Origin: Macrostomum lignano | Lineage: Eukaryota | Assembly: GCA_002269645.1 (NCBI GenBank) | Contig: NIVC01001072.1 | Span: 248,001 to 312,000 of the forward strand | DNA length: 64,000 nucleotides | Reading direction: 5' to 3' | Part shown: positions 13,401 through 26,816 of the stretch, piece by piece | How the letters are laid out: every line of letters starts with the position of its first letter | Position numbering within the stretch: the stretch's first letter is position 1 | Translations under genes and position numbers: made by a program | Notes under the pieces: generated by a model | Told to the model about the DNA's origin: nothing | The model's input: only the letters and a program-made list of their open reading frames with translations | Databases searched by the model: none

Positions 13401-16400
13401 GCTACCAATCCGTCTTTAAAAATCTACCAGTTCAGCTACCAATCAACCATTAAAGTACCAGTTCAGCTACCGATCTACCTTTAAAGAACTACCAGCTCAG
13501 CTACAAATCCACTTAAAAGCTACCAGTTCATCTACCAATCTACCCTAAAAACTACCAGCTCAGCTACCAATCTACCCTAAAAACTACCAGCTCAGCTACA
13601 AATCCACTTTTAAAAGCTACCAGTTCAGCTACCAATCTACCCTAAAAACTACCAGCTCAGCTACCAATCTACCCTAAAAACTACCAGCTCAGCTACAATA
13701 CTACAAATCCACTTTTAAAAGCTACCAGTTCAGCTACCAATCTACCCTAAAAAACTACCAGCTCAGCTACCAATCTACCCTAAAAACTACCAGCTCAGCT
13801 ACAAATCCACTTTTAAAAGCTACCAGTTCAGCTACCAATCTACCCTAAAAAACTACCAGCTCAGCTACAGCAATCCGCCACCGCTTCTCCCTCAACTCTA
13901 GCAAGCCGTAGAAGCAGGCGAGGACGCTCTCGACCGCAAATTCTCCAATCCAACCGACGCAATCATGAAAGACCGATTCATTGAGGAGCACTACCTGAGC
14001 TACCTGCGCCAGCTCAACCGTTGGGCAGAGTTGCCGAGATTTGCTCAAGCGTTCAACTGTTGCAATCACCGTTTAGTAGCTGAATGCGATTGGAAGCTGT
14101 CGGATTGGCGCAATATGCACAACGCTCTCAGCCAGCTGGGCAATGAGTATCCCAGGCGTGATAAGTGGCGTATAGAACTGCTGTGGGGCTATTGGCACCT
14201 GTGCGGCAAGGCTAGGAGCGACCACGCCGACTATGTGTCACCGACGCTGCCTCAGCATGTTGAACGATTCTTTAAACTATCGGTTGATAGCGTTATTAAA
14301 GAGTGGCGCCGTCTGCCAGCTTTGGTATCGGCAGTTCACGTGCCCTACCTTCAGGCGACTCAACAGGTGATGGAGCTGCACGAGGCGTCTGGTATTTACG
14401 CTACGCTAAATAATGTTAGCTACGGCAGGACTCCGGTGACTACTACTAGTCTAATTCACGATATGAAGTCGATTATTAAAACTTGGAAGTAAGTCAATCT
14501 GTATATAAACGGGGAATTCGTTTTTTTCTCTACATATCGGCTAGTTTGCCACTATAAAAAAGAAGTTTTTAATTTATTTTGTATGTCATTTGATCTATTT
14601 TCGATACATATCGGCTAGTTTGCTACCTTAAAAATAGGAGTTTTTAATTATTTTGTATATCATTTTATTCATTTTTCTCTACATATCGGCTAGTTTGCTA
14701 CCTTAAAAGTAGGAGTTTTTAATTTATTTTATATTTTTTTTTCGATACATATCGGCTAGTTTGCTATCTTAGAAGTAGGAGTTTTTAATTCATTTTGTAT
14801 ATCATTTTATACACTTTTCGATACATATCGGCTGATGCATCTTCGGTTAGATGGATTTGATTTCTTAGGATTTTTTTAATACATATCGCTAAATTTATCA
14901 GATAGTTTTCAATGACTTACTTAAGTGAATTTTATTAGCGACATGCGTTTTGTGCATTTTGATTACAAGGACAAAAAGCACAACATTTTATATATGAGAC
15001 CTTTCTATACATATTGGGTATCACAGTTCAAATGAAATAAAACGCTAATTCTACACCTGTAGAAACCGAGTCCCAGTGATCATGGACGATTTGACTCACT
15101 GGCACGAAGTGATACAATGGCGTCAGCACCTGTTCCACGAGGTGCATCGCACCGTGTCGAGCAGCTTTGTTCAAGACAATCCTATGCAGGTAAGGTTAAA
15201 ATCGCCCTTGACCATTTAGGTATCCTCAGTTGCTGGGCCAGTCAGTTGCTGGGCCAGCCGCCCAGAGTGTCAGTTGCTGGGCCAGCCTCCCAGATCATTT
15301 TTGCCCCAAGATTCGAACCTCGCACCTACACTGATATGAAAATCTGCAACAACAATATTAATTGCAGAACCACCTGAAGATGATAGCTCTGCACTCGTTC
15401 GTCACCGCAATGATCCAGTTCGCCAAGGTGGCCCGCAAGCACCACTTGTACTTTTTATCCATGGATGCAGTGGAAAAATTACAAGCCAACGAATACAACA
15501 TGGCCCAACCCAGCTACTTAAAGATCAAGCAGGACTTTAAAAGTCGCCTAGATATTGTGGACTCTCGCAAGGAGAACATTCTGGAAGCCGTTGAATTCAT
15601 GGAGAAGACTAGTATTAAATTCTTCAACGCGATGGAGAAGGCGGAGTTCTTCAGCTACAAAGGCGTGTTTTTCGCAATGCTCAACAAAGGCGACGAAGCG
15701 AATAAGAACTTCAGTATGGCGATTCAGCTCAACGATACTGTCTACCGAGTTTGGATGCACTATGGCGACTTTCTGGAGCACGTTTTCACCAAGGCGAGTG
15801 GCTGTTGTTTGCTTAGGGGGAATTGCTGCCAACATGAGCATCATTCAATCATACGAGTCTCGATATTCACTACAATGACCCGTGAATATGAGCGTAAATC
15901 TTATCTTTTATGACCGTTGGATGAACATCAATCTTCACCTCTATGACACGGGGATATGAGCATAAATCTCCCCCTCTATGACTCAGGGTATGAGCATAAA
16001 TCTTCCCCTCTATGACCCAGAGATATAAGCATAAATCTTCCCCTCTATGACCCAGAGATATAAGCATAAATCTTCCCCTCTATAACCCAGAGATATAAGC
16101 ATAAATCTTCCCCTCTATGACCCAGAGATATAAGCATAAATCTTCCCCTCTATAACCCAGAGATATGAGCATAAATCTCCCCCTCTATGACCCAGAGATA
16201 TGAGCATAAATCTCCCCCTCTATGACCCAGAGATATGAGCATCAATCTTCCCCTCTATGACTCAGGGATATGAGCATAAATCTTCCCCTCTATGACCCAG
16301 AGATATGAGCATAAATCTTCCCCTCTATGACCCAGAGATATGAGCATCAATCTTCCCCTCTATGACTCAGGGATATGAGCATAAATCTCCCCCTCTATGA

Positions 16401-19400
16401 CTCAGGGATATGAGCATAAATCTTCCCTTCTATGACTCAGGGTATGAGCATCAATCTTCCCCTCTATGACTCAGGGTATGAGCATCAATCATCCCCTCTA
16501 TGACTCAGGGTATGAGCATCAATCTTCCCTCTATGACTCAGGGTATGAGTATCAATCATCCCCTCTATGACTCAGGGTATGAGCATAAATCTTCCCCTCT
16601 ATGACTCAGGGTATGAGCATCAATCATCCCCTCTATGACTCAGGGTATGAGCATCAATCATCCCCTCTATGACTCAGGGTATGAGCATAAATCTTCCCCT
16701 CTATGACTCAGGGTATGAGCATAAATCTTCCCCTCTATGACTCAGGGACATGAGCATCAATCATCCCCTCTATGACTCAGGGTATGAGCATCAATCATCC
16801 CCTCTATGACTCAGGGTATGAGCATCAATCTTCCCTCTATGACTCAGGGTATGAGCATCAATCATCCCCTCTATGACTCAGGGTATGAGCATCAATCTTC
16901 CCCTCTATGACTCAGGGTATGAGCATCAATCTTCCCCTCTATGACTCAGGGTATGAGCATCAATCATCCCCTCTATGACTCAGGGTATGAGCATCAATCT
17001 TCCCCTCTATGACTCAGGGTATGAGCATCAATCATCCCCTCTATGACTCAGGGTATGAGCATCAATCTTCCCCTCTATGACTCAGGGTATGAGCATCAAT
17101 CATCCCCTCTATGACTCAGGGTATGAGCATCAATCATCCCCTCTATGACTCAGGGTATGAGCATCAATCTTCCCTTCTATGACTCAGGGTATGAGCATCA
17201 ATCATCCCCTCTATGACTCAGGGTATGAGCATCAATCATCCCCTCTATGACTCAGGGTATGAGCATCAATCTTCCCCTCTATGACTCAGGGTATGAGCAT
17301 CAATCTTCCCCTCTATGACTCAGGGTATGAGCATCAATCTTCCCCTCTATGACTCAGGGTATGAGCATCAATCTTCCCCTCTATGACTCAGGGTATGAGC
17401 ATCAATCTTCCCTTCTATGACTCAGGGTATGAGCATCAATCTTCCCTTCTATAACTCAGGGTATGAGCATCAATCTTCCCCTCTAATAAAGCCGTTTTCA
17501 ATCCTGTCAGGACGCGCCGTCGCGCCGCGATCAGAACGCGATCCTGAACGGCACCTACGCTATCCAGTGCTTCATGGAGGCGGCCAAGGCGCAGAGCGAG
17601 TGCAAAGCCCGCCGACCCATAGCCAAATCAATCTGGCTATTGAGCTTCGATGACGCCACAGGCTCCCTAGCAAAATGCTTCGAAGAGCGAACGGCTAATG
17701 TGCAGCCGTCTCACTTTCTGGCTTGGATTAACAACCTCCTAGTGGCTCTGCTAGGCGTTGAAGGCAAGCACATTGTCAGCTTGTTAATCGCTATCAGCCG
17801 TCAGTTCCCGGTGCCGCTCTACCTGCCAGTTCGTCAGCTGTGCGCGGCACTAAAAGCCGAGCCAAATTCTCAACAACCGCTGTGGCGATGCAGCAATGTT
17901 TTACACCGGGCCAAAGATTTTCACGCGGCCACACTGAACGCCTACGAGGCCCTTTGCGACGGTCTTAGCAGCCTGAGCTTAGATTGGCAGCACAATGCTC
18001 TGAATCAGCTGCGTCGGCTGTTCGATTCCGCCGTTTCTGCCGCCGCCGCCGCTGCTGCCGACGCCGATTCCAGCGACATGCCAATTCCGACTGAGGTGTC
18101 CGCTCTGCTGACCGAAACGTTAAAAGACTTTGGCGGAGTGGAAGAGGTGAGGATTTCAGCTAACAAAAAAGAAATAATAACTTTATGCTTAAAAAACTTT
18201 GAGCTCAATCTGACATCATGAGACGTGTGATACTTTTATTTTTGCCCTATAAGACATTAAGTGACCTTAATTGACCCCACTTCGATACCCCGTGACGTCA
18301 TTTGACCCCATAAGACATCAAGTGACCCTGGATAACCCTATAAGACACTAAGTAACGTTGGATGGCCCTATAAGACATCAAGTGGCCTTGAATGACCCCA
18401 TAAGACATCAAGTGAGTGACCTTGAATGACCCCATAAGACATCAAGTGGCCTTGAATGACCCCATAAGACATCAAGTGACCTTGGATGGCCATATAAGAG
18501 ACTAAGTGACGTTTGATGGCCCTATAAGACATCAAGTGGCCTTGAATGACCCCATAAGACATCAAGTGACCTTAAATGACCCCATATTATATCAAGTGAC
18601 CTATGACCCCATAAGACATCAAGTGACTTTGAACGACCCCATAAGACGTAAGTGACCTTAAATGACCCCATAAGACGTCAATTGACCTTTAATGACCTCA
18701 TAATACATCATGTGACCTTGGATGACCCCATAAGACATGAAGTGACCTTGAATGACCTCATAAGAAACTCCGTGCCACCATTTTATCACCTAAAACTTCT
18801 CAGCTACTCAGCGACCCCGAGCACGCGAAGCTTCGGTCCGAGCTGTCCTCAGATCCCGAGCTTCAGCCGGCAACTGGCAGTCTTCAGTCCGCCATTCGCT
18901 GCCTCTCCCGCAAATGGTTGCCAACCATCGAGTCGCGAGCCCGCCGCCTGCCCCGAGCCTTCCTACTGGCCGATCGGGCGCCTCAGTTAGCGAATTTTGT
19001 TGCGCCAGCTCTCGCCGACCCGTCGGCCGAGTTGGAACTGCCCGGCGAACAATTGGACGGCAAGCCGGTGCAGCACTGGGTTAAGGTGCACAGTGTACTA
19101 CCTAGCGTTCGAGTGCTATTGCGCAACGGTTGCGCCGTACGATGCGTGCAATTGCGCGGGACCAACGGCCGCGTCTACAGCTACCTGCTGGAGCAGGACT
19201 CCGCATCGGTACGGGCTTCTGTCATTGCATGCTCTCAGCGTGTGGGATTAGCCTAGCCAGATTAGTTAAATGAGATTATCGCAGTTAGTGTGAGATTATC
19301 CTAGAGTGTAAGATTATCCTAGTTAGTTTGAGATTATCCCAGTTAGTGTGAGATTATCCTAGTTAGTGTTAGCTTATCCTAGTTAGTGTTAGCTTATCCT

Positions 19401-21012
19401 AGTTAGTGTGAGATTATCCTAGTTAGTGTGAGATTATTGTAGTTAATGTGAGATTATCCTAGTTAGTGTGAGCTTATCCCTGTTAGTGTGAGATTATTGT
19501 AGTTAGTGTCAGATTATTCTGTTTGGTGTAGGATAATACTTATCAGACGTAATAATCCACTAACTAAGCTAGCTAATCCCTCTACCAAATCCCTCAGTCT
19601 GCCACCCCGCCGCCCGCCTTGGCCTCGTGGCGCGAAGCCTCCGTGGGTCACCTGACCCGCCTCATCAACTGGATTCTGGCCAAGGAGAAGGAGCCAGCCA
19701 GGCGGCTGCTGCAGGCCGCTGCGCCCAAATGCGTCGATCTGGGCGGCGGGCACCGACTCACCGAGGACTCCGGCCGGCCTCTCAGCCTCCTCGATGCCCA
19801 CCGGGCCGCCAACCCGGCGCCCGAGCCGGACAGGCCGCTCGTCCGCTGGCTGCTCGATCGTCGCTTAGCAACAACAGCTGCTCAGCTGCCGGCTCGCGAC
19901 CTGCTCGAAGAATTAATTGGTGACGTCGGGCCCGACCTGCTGCTCAAACGCTGCCTCGCCGAGCTGGCCGGCCCGAGCGAGTTCTTCACCTTCCGCCGGG
20001 TGGTCACCGGCCAGCTGGGGCTGCTGGGGCTGCTGGAGATGACGCTGGGGCTGGAGAAAGCTAACCCGGACCGCCTGCTGCTGCAGCTGGACACCGGCAG
20101 GGCTAGCGTAACCAGGTTAGGGTTGGCTGTGCCTGTCTGCGTGTCTGTTTGTCTGTCTGCCTGTTTGTCTGTCTGTCTGACTGTCTGCGTGTCTGTTTGT
20201 CTACCTGTCTGCGTGTCTGTTTGTCTGTCTGCCTGTTTGTCTGTCTGTCTGACTGTCTGCGTGTCTGTTTGTCTGCCTGTCTGCGTGTCTGTTTGTCTGT
20301 CTGCCTGTCTGCCTGTTTGTCTGTCTCTCTGACTGACTGTCTGTCTGTCTGTCTGACTGTCTGCGTGTCTGTTTGTCTGCCTGTCTGCGTGTCTGTTTGT
20401 CTGTCTGTCTGCGTGTCTGTTTGTCTGTTTGTCTGCCTGTCTGCGTGTCTGTTTGTCTGTCTGTCTGTCTGTCTTATTGTCGGTCTGCTTTTTTATCTGT
20501 AAATCTATCATAGATAATTCCCAGCTAACTAAAACACCCATTCATTCCCCAATCGCGCGGCCAGGCAAGTCTGGTCCTCGTCCGTCGCCGCCACCGTCGG
20601 GTCCTTTGCCAGCCAGGCTGCCGACTCGCAGCCGCCGACCGCGGTGCCGTTCCGCCTGACGCCGAACCTGTGCGAGCTGATCAGCCCGCTTGGCATCCGT
20701 GGGCCTCTCCAGGCCGCCATCATCGCCAGCGCCCGCTGCTTAGTGCTGCCCAAATACCAGCTGGCCGCCTATCTGCGCTGCGTCCTACGCGACGAGGTCA
20801 TCCTGACCTACCGACAGGCAAACGGCGGCGCCTGTCCCGAGGCCGACGCCCTCACCCAGTCAGTCGGGCAGGCCGTGTCGGCCATTCTGGCCCGCCTACA
20901 GGCGCTGGCCGCATTCGAGGGGGCGGTAAGCGTCGTGCCGGACTACGTGAAAGCGGCCAGCGATTTGGACAATTTGGCGGCTATGCCGGCCGCCTACCAG
21001 CCCTGGCTTTGA
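478..21012 (+). CDS. TRRAP: TRRAP/Tra1 (PIKK-family pseudokinase scaffold of SAGA/NuA4), 3' portion, 17 exons; 5' end lies upstream of the window
   Basis: Exons with phase-consistent splice sites: 478-717, 1326-1711, 2909-3216, 3754-4242, 4326-4425, 5893-6220, 7208-7503, 8150-8500, 8856-9866, 10671-11276, 13902-14488, 15063-15189, 15368-15793, 17511-18146, 18804-19208, 19598-20115, 20565-21012. Translations are collinear with TRRAP as recalled ([64 protein letters not shown], terminal YQPWL*). One frameshift near 3975. Confidence 0.96.
730..1150 (+). repeat. 20-bp minisatellite (CTCGACTCTATGATCTCCAA)n, intronic
   Basis: Tandem copies directly after the donor site. Confidence 0.93.
1326..1711 (+). 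CDS. TRRAP: TRRAP exon
   Basis: catcgtag|TGG ... AA|gtgagt (phase 0 to 2); joins in frame to the exon at 2909. Confidence 0.85.
1790..2760 (+). repeat. G-rich minisatellite (~17-18 bp, GGGATTTGGGATTCTAT-type), intronic
   Basis: Degenerate tandem copies. Confidence 0.92.
2909..3216 (+). CDS. TRRAP: TRRAP exon
   Basis: tatcgcag|G ... G|gtgagc; [27 protein letters not shown]. Confidence 0.9.
3228..3723 (+). repeat. (TCTG)n/(TG)n microsatellite filling an intron
   Basis: Direct observation. Confidence 0.95.
3754..4242 (+). CDS. TRRAP: TRRAP exon containing an apparent 1-bp deletion
   Basis: accgcag|AC ... CT|gtgagt; [11 protein letters not shown] and [14 protein letters not shown] lie in different frames, switching near 3975. 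Confidence 0.9.
4326..4425 (+). CDS. TRRAP: TRRAP exon
   Basis: ctttcag|G ... AAT|gtgaga; [17 protein letters not shown]; not in the ORF track because it is short. Confidence 0.9.
4460..5812 (+). repeat. ~21-bp minisatellite (TTGTGGGATTTGGGATTCGAG)n, intronic
   Basis: Direct observation. Confidence 0.93.
5893..6220 (+). CDS. TRRAP: TRRAP exon
   Basis: cctcag|AAC ... G|gtcagt; [18 protein letters not shown] followed by a Gln/Ser/Ala-rich insert. Confidence 0.85.
6250..7030 (+). repeat. (ATGTCGGACTCTCT)-type minisatellite ending in (CT)n, intronic
   Basis: Direct observation. Confidence 0.92.
7208..7503 (+). CDS. TRRAP: TRRAP exon
   Basis: ctttag|GT ... CAG|gtaaaa; [21 protein letters not shown]. 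Confidence 0.9.
7560..8035 (+). repeat. ~28-bp minisatellite (GGGATTAGTGTAGTTGCTAAAGGGAATA)n, intronic
   Basis: Direct observation. Confidence 0.93.
8150..8500 (+). CDS. TRRAP: TRRAP exon
   Basis: cacctag|ATG ... CAG|gtgagg; 117 codons, [18 protein letters not shown]. Confidence 0.9.
8856..9866 (+). CDS. TRRAP: TRRAP exon
   Basis: acccag|GCT ... CAG|gtaggg; 337 codons, [19 protein letters not shown]. Confidence 0.92.
10200..10490 (+). repeat. (AGT)n microsatellite, intronic
   Basis: Direct observation. Confidence 0.95.
10510..10640 (+). mobile_element. Possible tRNA-derived SINE fragment
   Basis: A-box-like TAGCTCTATGC (~10513), B-box GGTTCGATTCC (~10563) and a TTA-rich tail; does not obviously fold as a complete tRNA. 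Confidence 0.4.
10671..11276 (+). CDS. TRRAP: TRRAP exon (start of FAT region)
   Basis: gacaag|GTG ... CAG|gtgagg; [28 protein letters not shown]. Confidence 0.92.
11380..12440 (+). repeat. Pyrimidine-rich satellite with a ~128-bp higher-order unit, intronic
   Basis: CTGTAGCTAC recurs at 11671, 11799 and 11927. Confidence 0.9.
13055..13868 (+). repeat. 34-bp minisatellite (CCAGTTCAGCTACCAATCCGTCTTTAAAAATCTA)n, intronic
   Basis: Period 34 (13087, 13121); degenerates toward the acceptor. Confidence 0.93.
13902..14488 (+). CDS. TRRAP: TRRAP exon (FAT)
   Basis: actctag|CAA ... AA|gtaagt; [30 protein letters not shown]. Confidence 0.92.
14520..14835 (+). repeat. ~70-75-bp degenerate tandem repeat with core TACATATCGGCTAGTTTG, about 5 copies
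   Basis: Direct observation. Confidence 0.8.
15063..15189 (+). CDS. TRRAP: TRRAP exon (FAT)
   Basis: cctgtag|A ... CAG|gtaagg; [22 protein letters not shown]. Confidence 0.92.
15368..15793 (+). CDS. TRRAP: TRRAP exon (FAT) with a GC donor
   Basis: attgcag|AAC ... AAG|gcgagt; [29 protein letters not shown]. Confidence 0.88.
15880..17485 (+). repeat. 34-bp minisatellite (ATGAGCATCAATCTTCCCCTCTATGACTCAGGGT)n, intronic
   Basis: Period 34 (16444, 16478). Confidence 0.95.
17511..18146 (+). CDS. TRRAP: TRRAP exon (FAT)
   Basis: cctgtcag|GAC ... GAG|gtgagg; 212 codons, [25 protein letters not shown]. Confidence 0.92.
18250..18770 (+). repeat. 30-bp minisatellite (GACCCCATAAGACATCAAGTGACCTTGAAT)n, intronic
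   Basis: Direct observation. Confidence 0.9.
18804..19208 (+). CDS. TRRAP: TRRAP exon (start of PI3K-like domain)
   Basis: ttctcag|CTA ... TCG|gtacgg; [22 protein letters not shown]. Confidence 0.9.
19270..19520 (+). repeat. 20-bp minisatellite (TTAGTGTGAGATTATCCTAG)n, intronic
   Basis: Direct observation. Confidence 0.9.
19598..20115 (+). CDS. TRRAP: TRRAP exon (pseudokinase)
   Basis: ccctcag|TCT ... AG|gttagg; [12 protein letters not shown] and [13 protein letters not shown], with no DxxxxN/DFG catalytic motifs, as expected for TRRAP. Confidence 0.9.
20128..20490 (+). repeat. (TCTG)n-derived microsatellite, intronic
   Basis: Direct observation. Confidence 0.93.
20565..21012 (+). CDS. 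TRRAP: TRRAP last exon (pseudokinase end and FATC)
   Basis: ggccag|G; VPFRLTPNL, ends [12 protein letters not shown] (TGA 21010-21012). Confidence 0.95.
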
Positions 21013-21139
21013 ACTCTTTAAAACCTGATTTGACCTTATGACCTTTGCCCCGGTTTGAACTATTAACCTGAATTCATGCTTGTGTCATATTTAGCCTTAA
21101 AAACAACTCTGTTTACAATCTGTTATGACCTTTAGCATT

Positions 21140-21345
21140 TGACTCAACTTGACCTTAGTTGACCTTAATTAACCTTAGTTGACCCTAATTGACCTTAGTT
21201 GGCCTTGATTGACCTTGGTTGACCCTGATTGACCTTAGTTGACCCTAATAGACCTTAGTTGGCCTTGATTGACATCGGTTGACCTTGATTGGCCCTGATT
21301 GACCTTAGTTGACCTTGATTGACCCTGATTGACCATGGTTGACTT
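21140..21345 (+). repeat. 10-bp repeat (TTGACCTTAG/TTGACCCTGA) in the TRRAP 3' UTR region
   Basis: Direct observation. Confidence 0.8.
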
Positions 21346-21884
21346 TCCTAGATTTTACGTGAGGCTTAGGTTTAGGGAAATATTTTAATAAATTTCGAAA
21401 ATTTAGCCACTGTTTCTTAGATTTTTTACCCGGTTCGACCTTTGTAGGTTTAAATATAGAATTTAGTTTCAACCTTTAATCTTGTTTGTGTACAATTAAA
21501 TAATGTACTTTAATAGTGTCAGTTTTAGGCGTAACGGTACCAACATTATTTAACACACTAAAATCTGATAACTTTTGGCATTTTACTAAATTCAAACTTT
21601 ATCATCCAGTGCAGCATCATAAAATGTATTCACAATTTTATTTGTTGTAATTACTTTGTTATTGGAGACTACAAATTATTAACTCGTATATAGTTTATCT
21701 AATTTTGTACTGTAAATGTTGTTATTCTTGTGCTTCAACGTTAACTGTTAACTATTTTTTTATTCAATTGTACCAATAAAATTAAAAGTTAAAACGTTCA
21801 ATATTATACATATAATCTTACTGCTGTAAATCTGATAGGTGAATATTGTTTTACAGTTTTTGATTATTTTTATTGTTGTTGGAC

Positions 21885-22190
21885 CTAAGAACCGCCCCTA
21901 TCTCACCCTAAAAATCGCCCCTAACCCACCCTAAGAATCGCCCTTAACCCTCCCTTAGAATCGCCTCTAAACCACCCTAAGAATCGCCCCTAAACCTCCC
22001 CAAAAACTGCCCCTAACCTACCCTAAGAACCGCCCTTAACCCTCCCTAAGAATCGCTCCTAAATCGCCCTTAACCCTCCCTAAGAATCGCTCCTAAATCG
22101 CCCTTAACCCTCCCTAAGAATCGCTCCTAAATCTCCCTAAGAATCGCCCTTAATCCTCCCTAAGAACTGCATCTAAACCATCTTTAAAAT
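21885..22190 (+). repeat. ~23-bp repeat with a CCCTAA (telomere-like) core, AAGAATCGCCCTTAACCCTCCCT
   Basis: Degenerate tandem copies. Confidence 0.8.
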
Positions 22191-22619
22191 CGCTTTTGGA
22201 CACTTCACGGAAGCGCTCTTTTGGCACAAGCAACTTTAACTGGTTTAATAAAGCGGTTTATTTAATTTGCAGTCCGAACACGCCTGTCCCACTGCCTCAC
22301 AAGCAGCGCACATGTCACAAACTAAATAATTAAAACTTATTCATTACCCAGAAATTCTCTTATCTTATCAGTTCCCAGCAACCTAATTCAGCAGGTGCAA
22401 TTGTCTGTCTGTCTGTCAATGGGTGGGTGGTGCAGCTGCCACAAGCGGCGTGTTATACATGTACGAGTATTATGAGTGCATGGCATTGCGTATTGTGCAT
22501 AGGTTCAACTGACCATTGCACCCACCCTCAATGCTTTCGCCTAAGCTATTAAGTTTTTTCCTATCTTATCTCTGGACGCTAATAAATCATTATCTCACTT
22601 AATTCTCGAAATTTAGTCA

Positions 22620-22950
22620 CAGATTCACTTATTTCTGCTGTGATCCCATTTCTCCAGATTCACAGATCCCCACTGTGATCACATTTCCCAGATTCACAGA
22701 TCCCTATTGTGATTACATTTCCTAGATTCACAGATCCCTGCTGTGATCCCATTTCCCAGATTCACAGATCCCCACTGTGATCATATTTCTGAGATTCACA
22801 GATCCCTGCTGTGATCGGCCATTTCTCCAGATTCACAGATCCCTGCTGTGATCACATTTCTCAGATTCACAGTTCCCTACCGTGATTACATTTCCTAGAT
22901 TCACAGATCCCTGCTGTGATCACATTTCTCAGATTAACAGATCTCGCTGT
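22620..22950 (+). repeat. Degenerate ~35-bp tandem repeat with core CAGATTCACAGATCCC
   Basis: Direct observation. Confidence 0.8.
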
Positions 22951-23504
22951 GAGAATATCTCCCACTCTGTCCTAAAAGAACGAGGAGAACCTCGTCTCGA
23001 AGTTTCCTTTATTAACCTTTTTTTGCAGTGATATAGCGATTCTGTCGAACTTAGCTTTTACGAGTACAAGTCTATTTGGCTTGTCCGAGAAATGTCTGGT
23101 CCTGCGACTTCGCATCCAGTTTTATTTTCTGTCTGATTCCAGGGCAAGCACTTATAAACCTGTTCTGTTATTCTGGTCTGTTTGAAATTAACAACCTGGA
23201 GCTGGAAAACGATCTTTATAGAGGTTTCTCTAGTTTCTGTGAGCGGTAAGGGATGATGCTCTGATACCCAACTATCCTGCTTTGATTTAGAGTTTATTTT
23301 TAACAGGAAGGCGATTTCGCTGTGGTCAACTCAATCTGTTATGCTGTGTTGGCCAGTCTTCAGAATAGAAATTCGATACGAAATTTATTTAGATTTTATG
23401 CTGAATTTTGGCTCTTGATAAAATAATCAGTGCACCTTCATGTGTACCTGTTTGAGGGGTCGGGTCATTGGTGCAGACTAGTGCTTCCTGCGTTCACTGT
23501 GCGT

Positions 23505-24085
23505 TTTTTGGGTCAGTATCCCCTTCATCAGAGGGCTGGTTCAGCATCCTCTTCATTGTAGTCCTGGGTCAGCATCCTCTTCATTGTAGTCCTGGGTCAG
23601 CATCCTCTTCATTGTAGTCCTGGGTCAGCATCCTCTTCATTGTAGTCCTGGGTCAGCATCCTCCTCATCAGAGTCTTGGGTCAGCATCCTCTTCATTGTA
23701 GTCCTGGGTCAGCATCCTCTTCATTGTAGTCCTGGGTCAGCATCCTCCTCATCAGAGTCTTGGGTCAGCATCCTCCTCATCAGAGTCCTGGGTCAGCATC
23801 CTCCTCATCAGAGTCTGGGTCAGTATCCCCTTCATCAGAGTGCTGGTTCAGCATCCTCTTCATTGTAGTCCTGGGTCAGCATCCTCCTCATCAGAGTCTG
23901 GGTCAGTATCCCCTTCATCAGAGTGCTGGTTCAGCATCCTCTTCATTGTAGTCCTGGGTCAGCATCCTCCTCATCAGAGTCTTGGGTCAGCATCCTCTTC
24001 ATCGTAGTCCTGGGTCAGCATCCTCTTCATTAGAGTCCTGGGTCAGCATCCTCCTCATCGGAGGGTCAGCATCCTCTTCATCAAT
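23505..24085 (+). repeat. 27/28-bp minisatellite (CAGCATCCTCTTCATTGTAGTCCTGGGT)n
   Basis: Direct observation; the mixed unit lengths shift frame. Confidence 0.9.
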
Positions 24086-24339
24086 CTGGCTCACGGATCC
24101 CTCCAACTCGCGACCGATTTCGCACCTCGCATGACGGCCGTCTGTCCGCCAATCTGCAGGCTAGCAACTATTTTTAGCCCAGCCAATCTCAGAACTCCAG
24201 ATCGAACCGTAGCCACCCCCACACCTAACTCGCGTTTTACTTGTATATTAGCCGTCCTCGAATCTCCACGGCCTCGCTTCAAGTTTGAAAATTGAACAAA
24301 GATCACTGCCAAATACTAAGGTTTTGATTGACAGCAAGC

Positions 24340-26816
<2,477 letters not shown>

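Noticed and set aside
21885-22190. Interstitial telomere
   Set aside because: CCCTAA occurs only as part of a ~23-bp degenerate unit, not as tandem hexamers.
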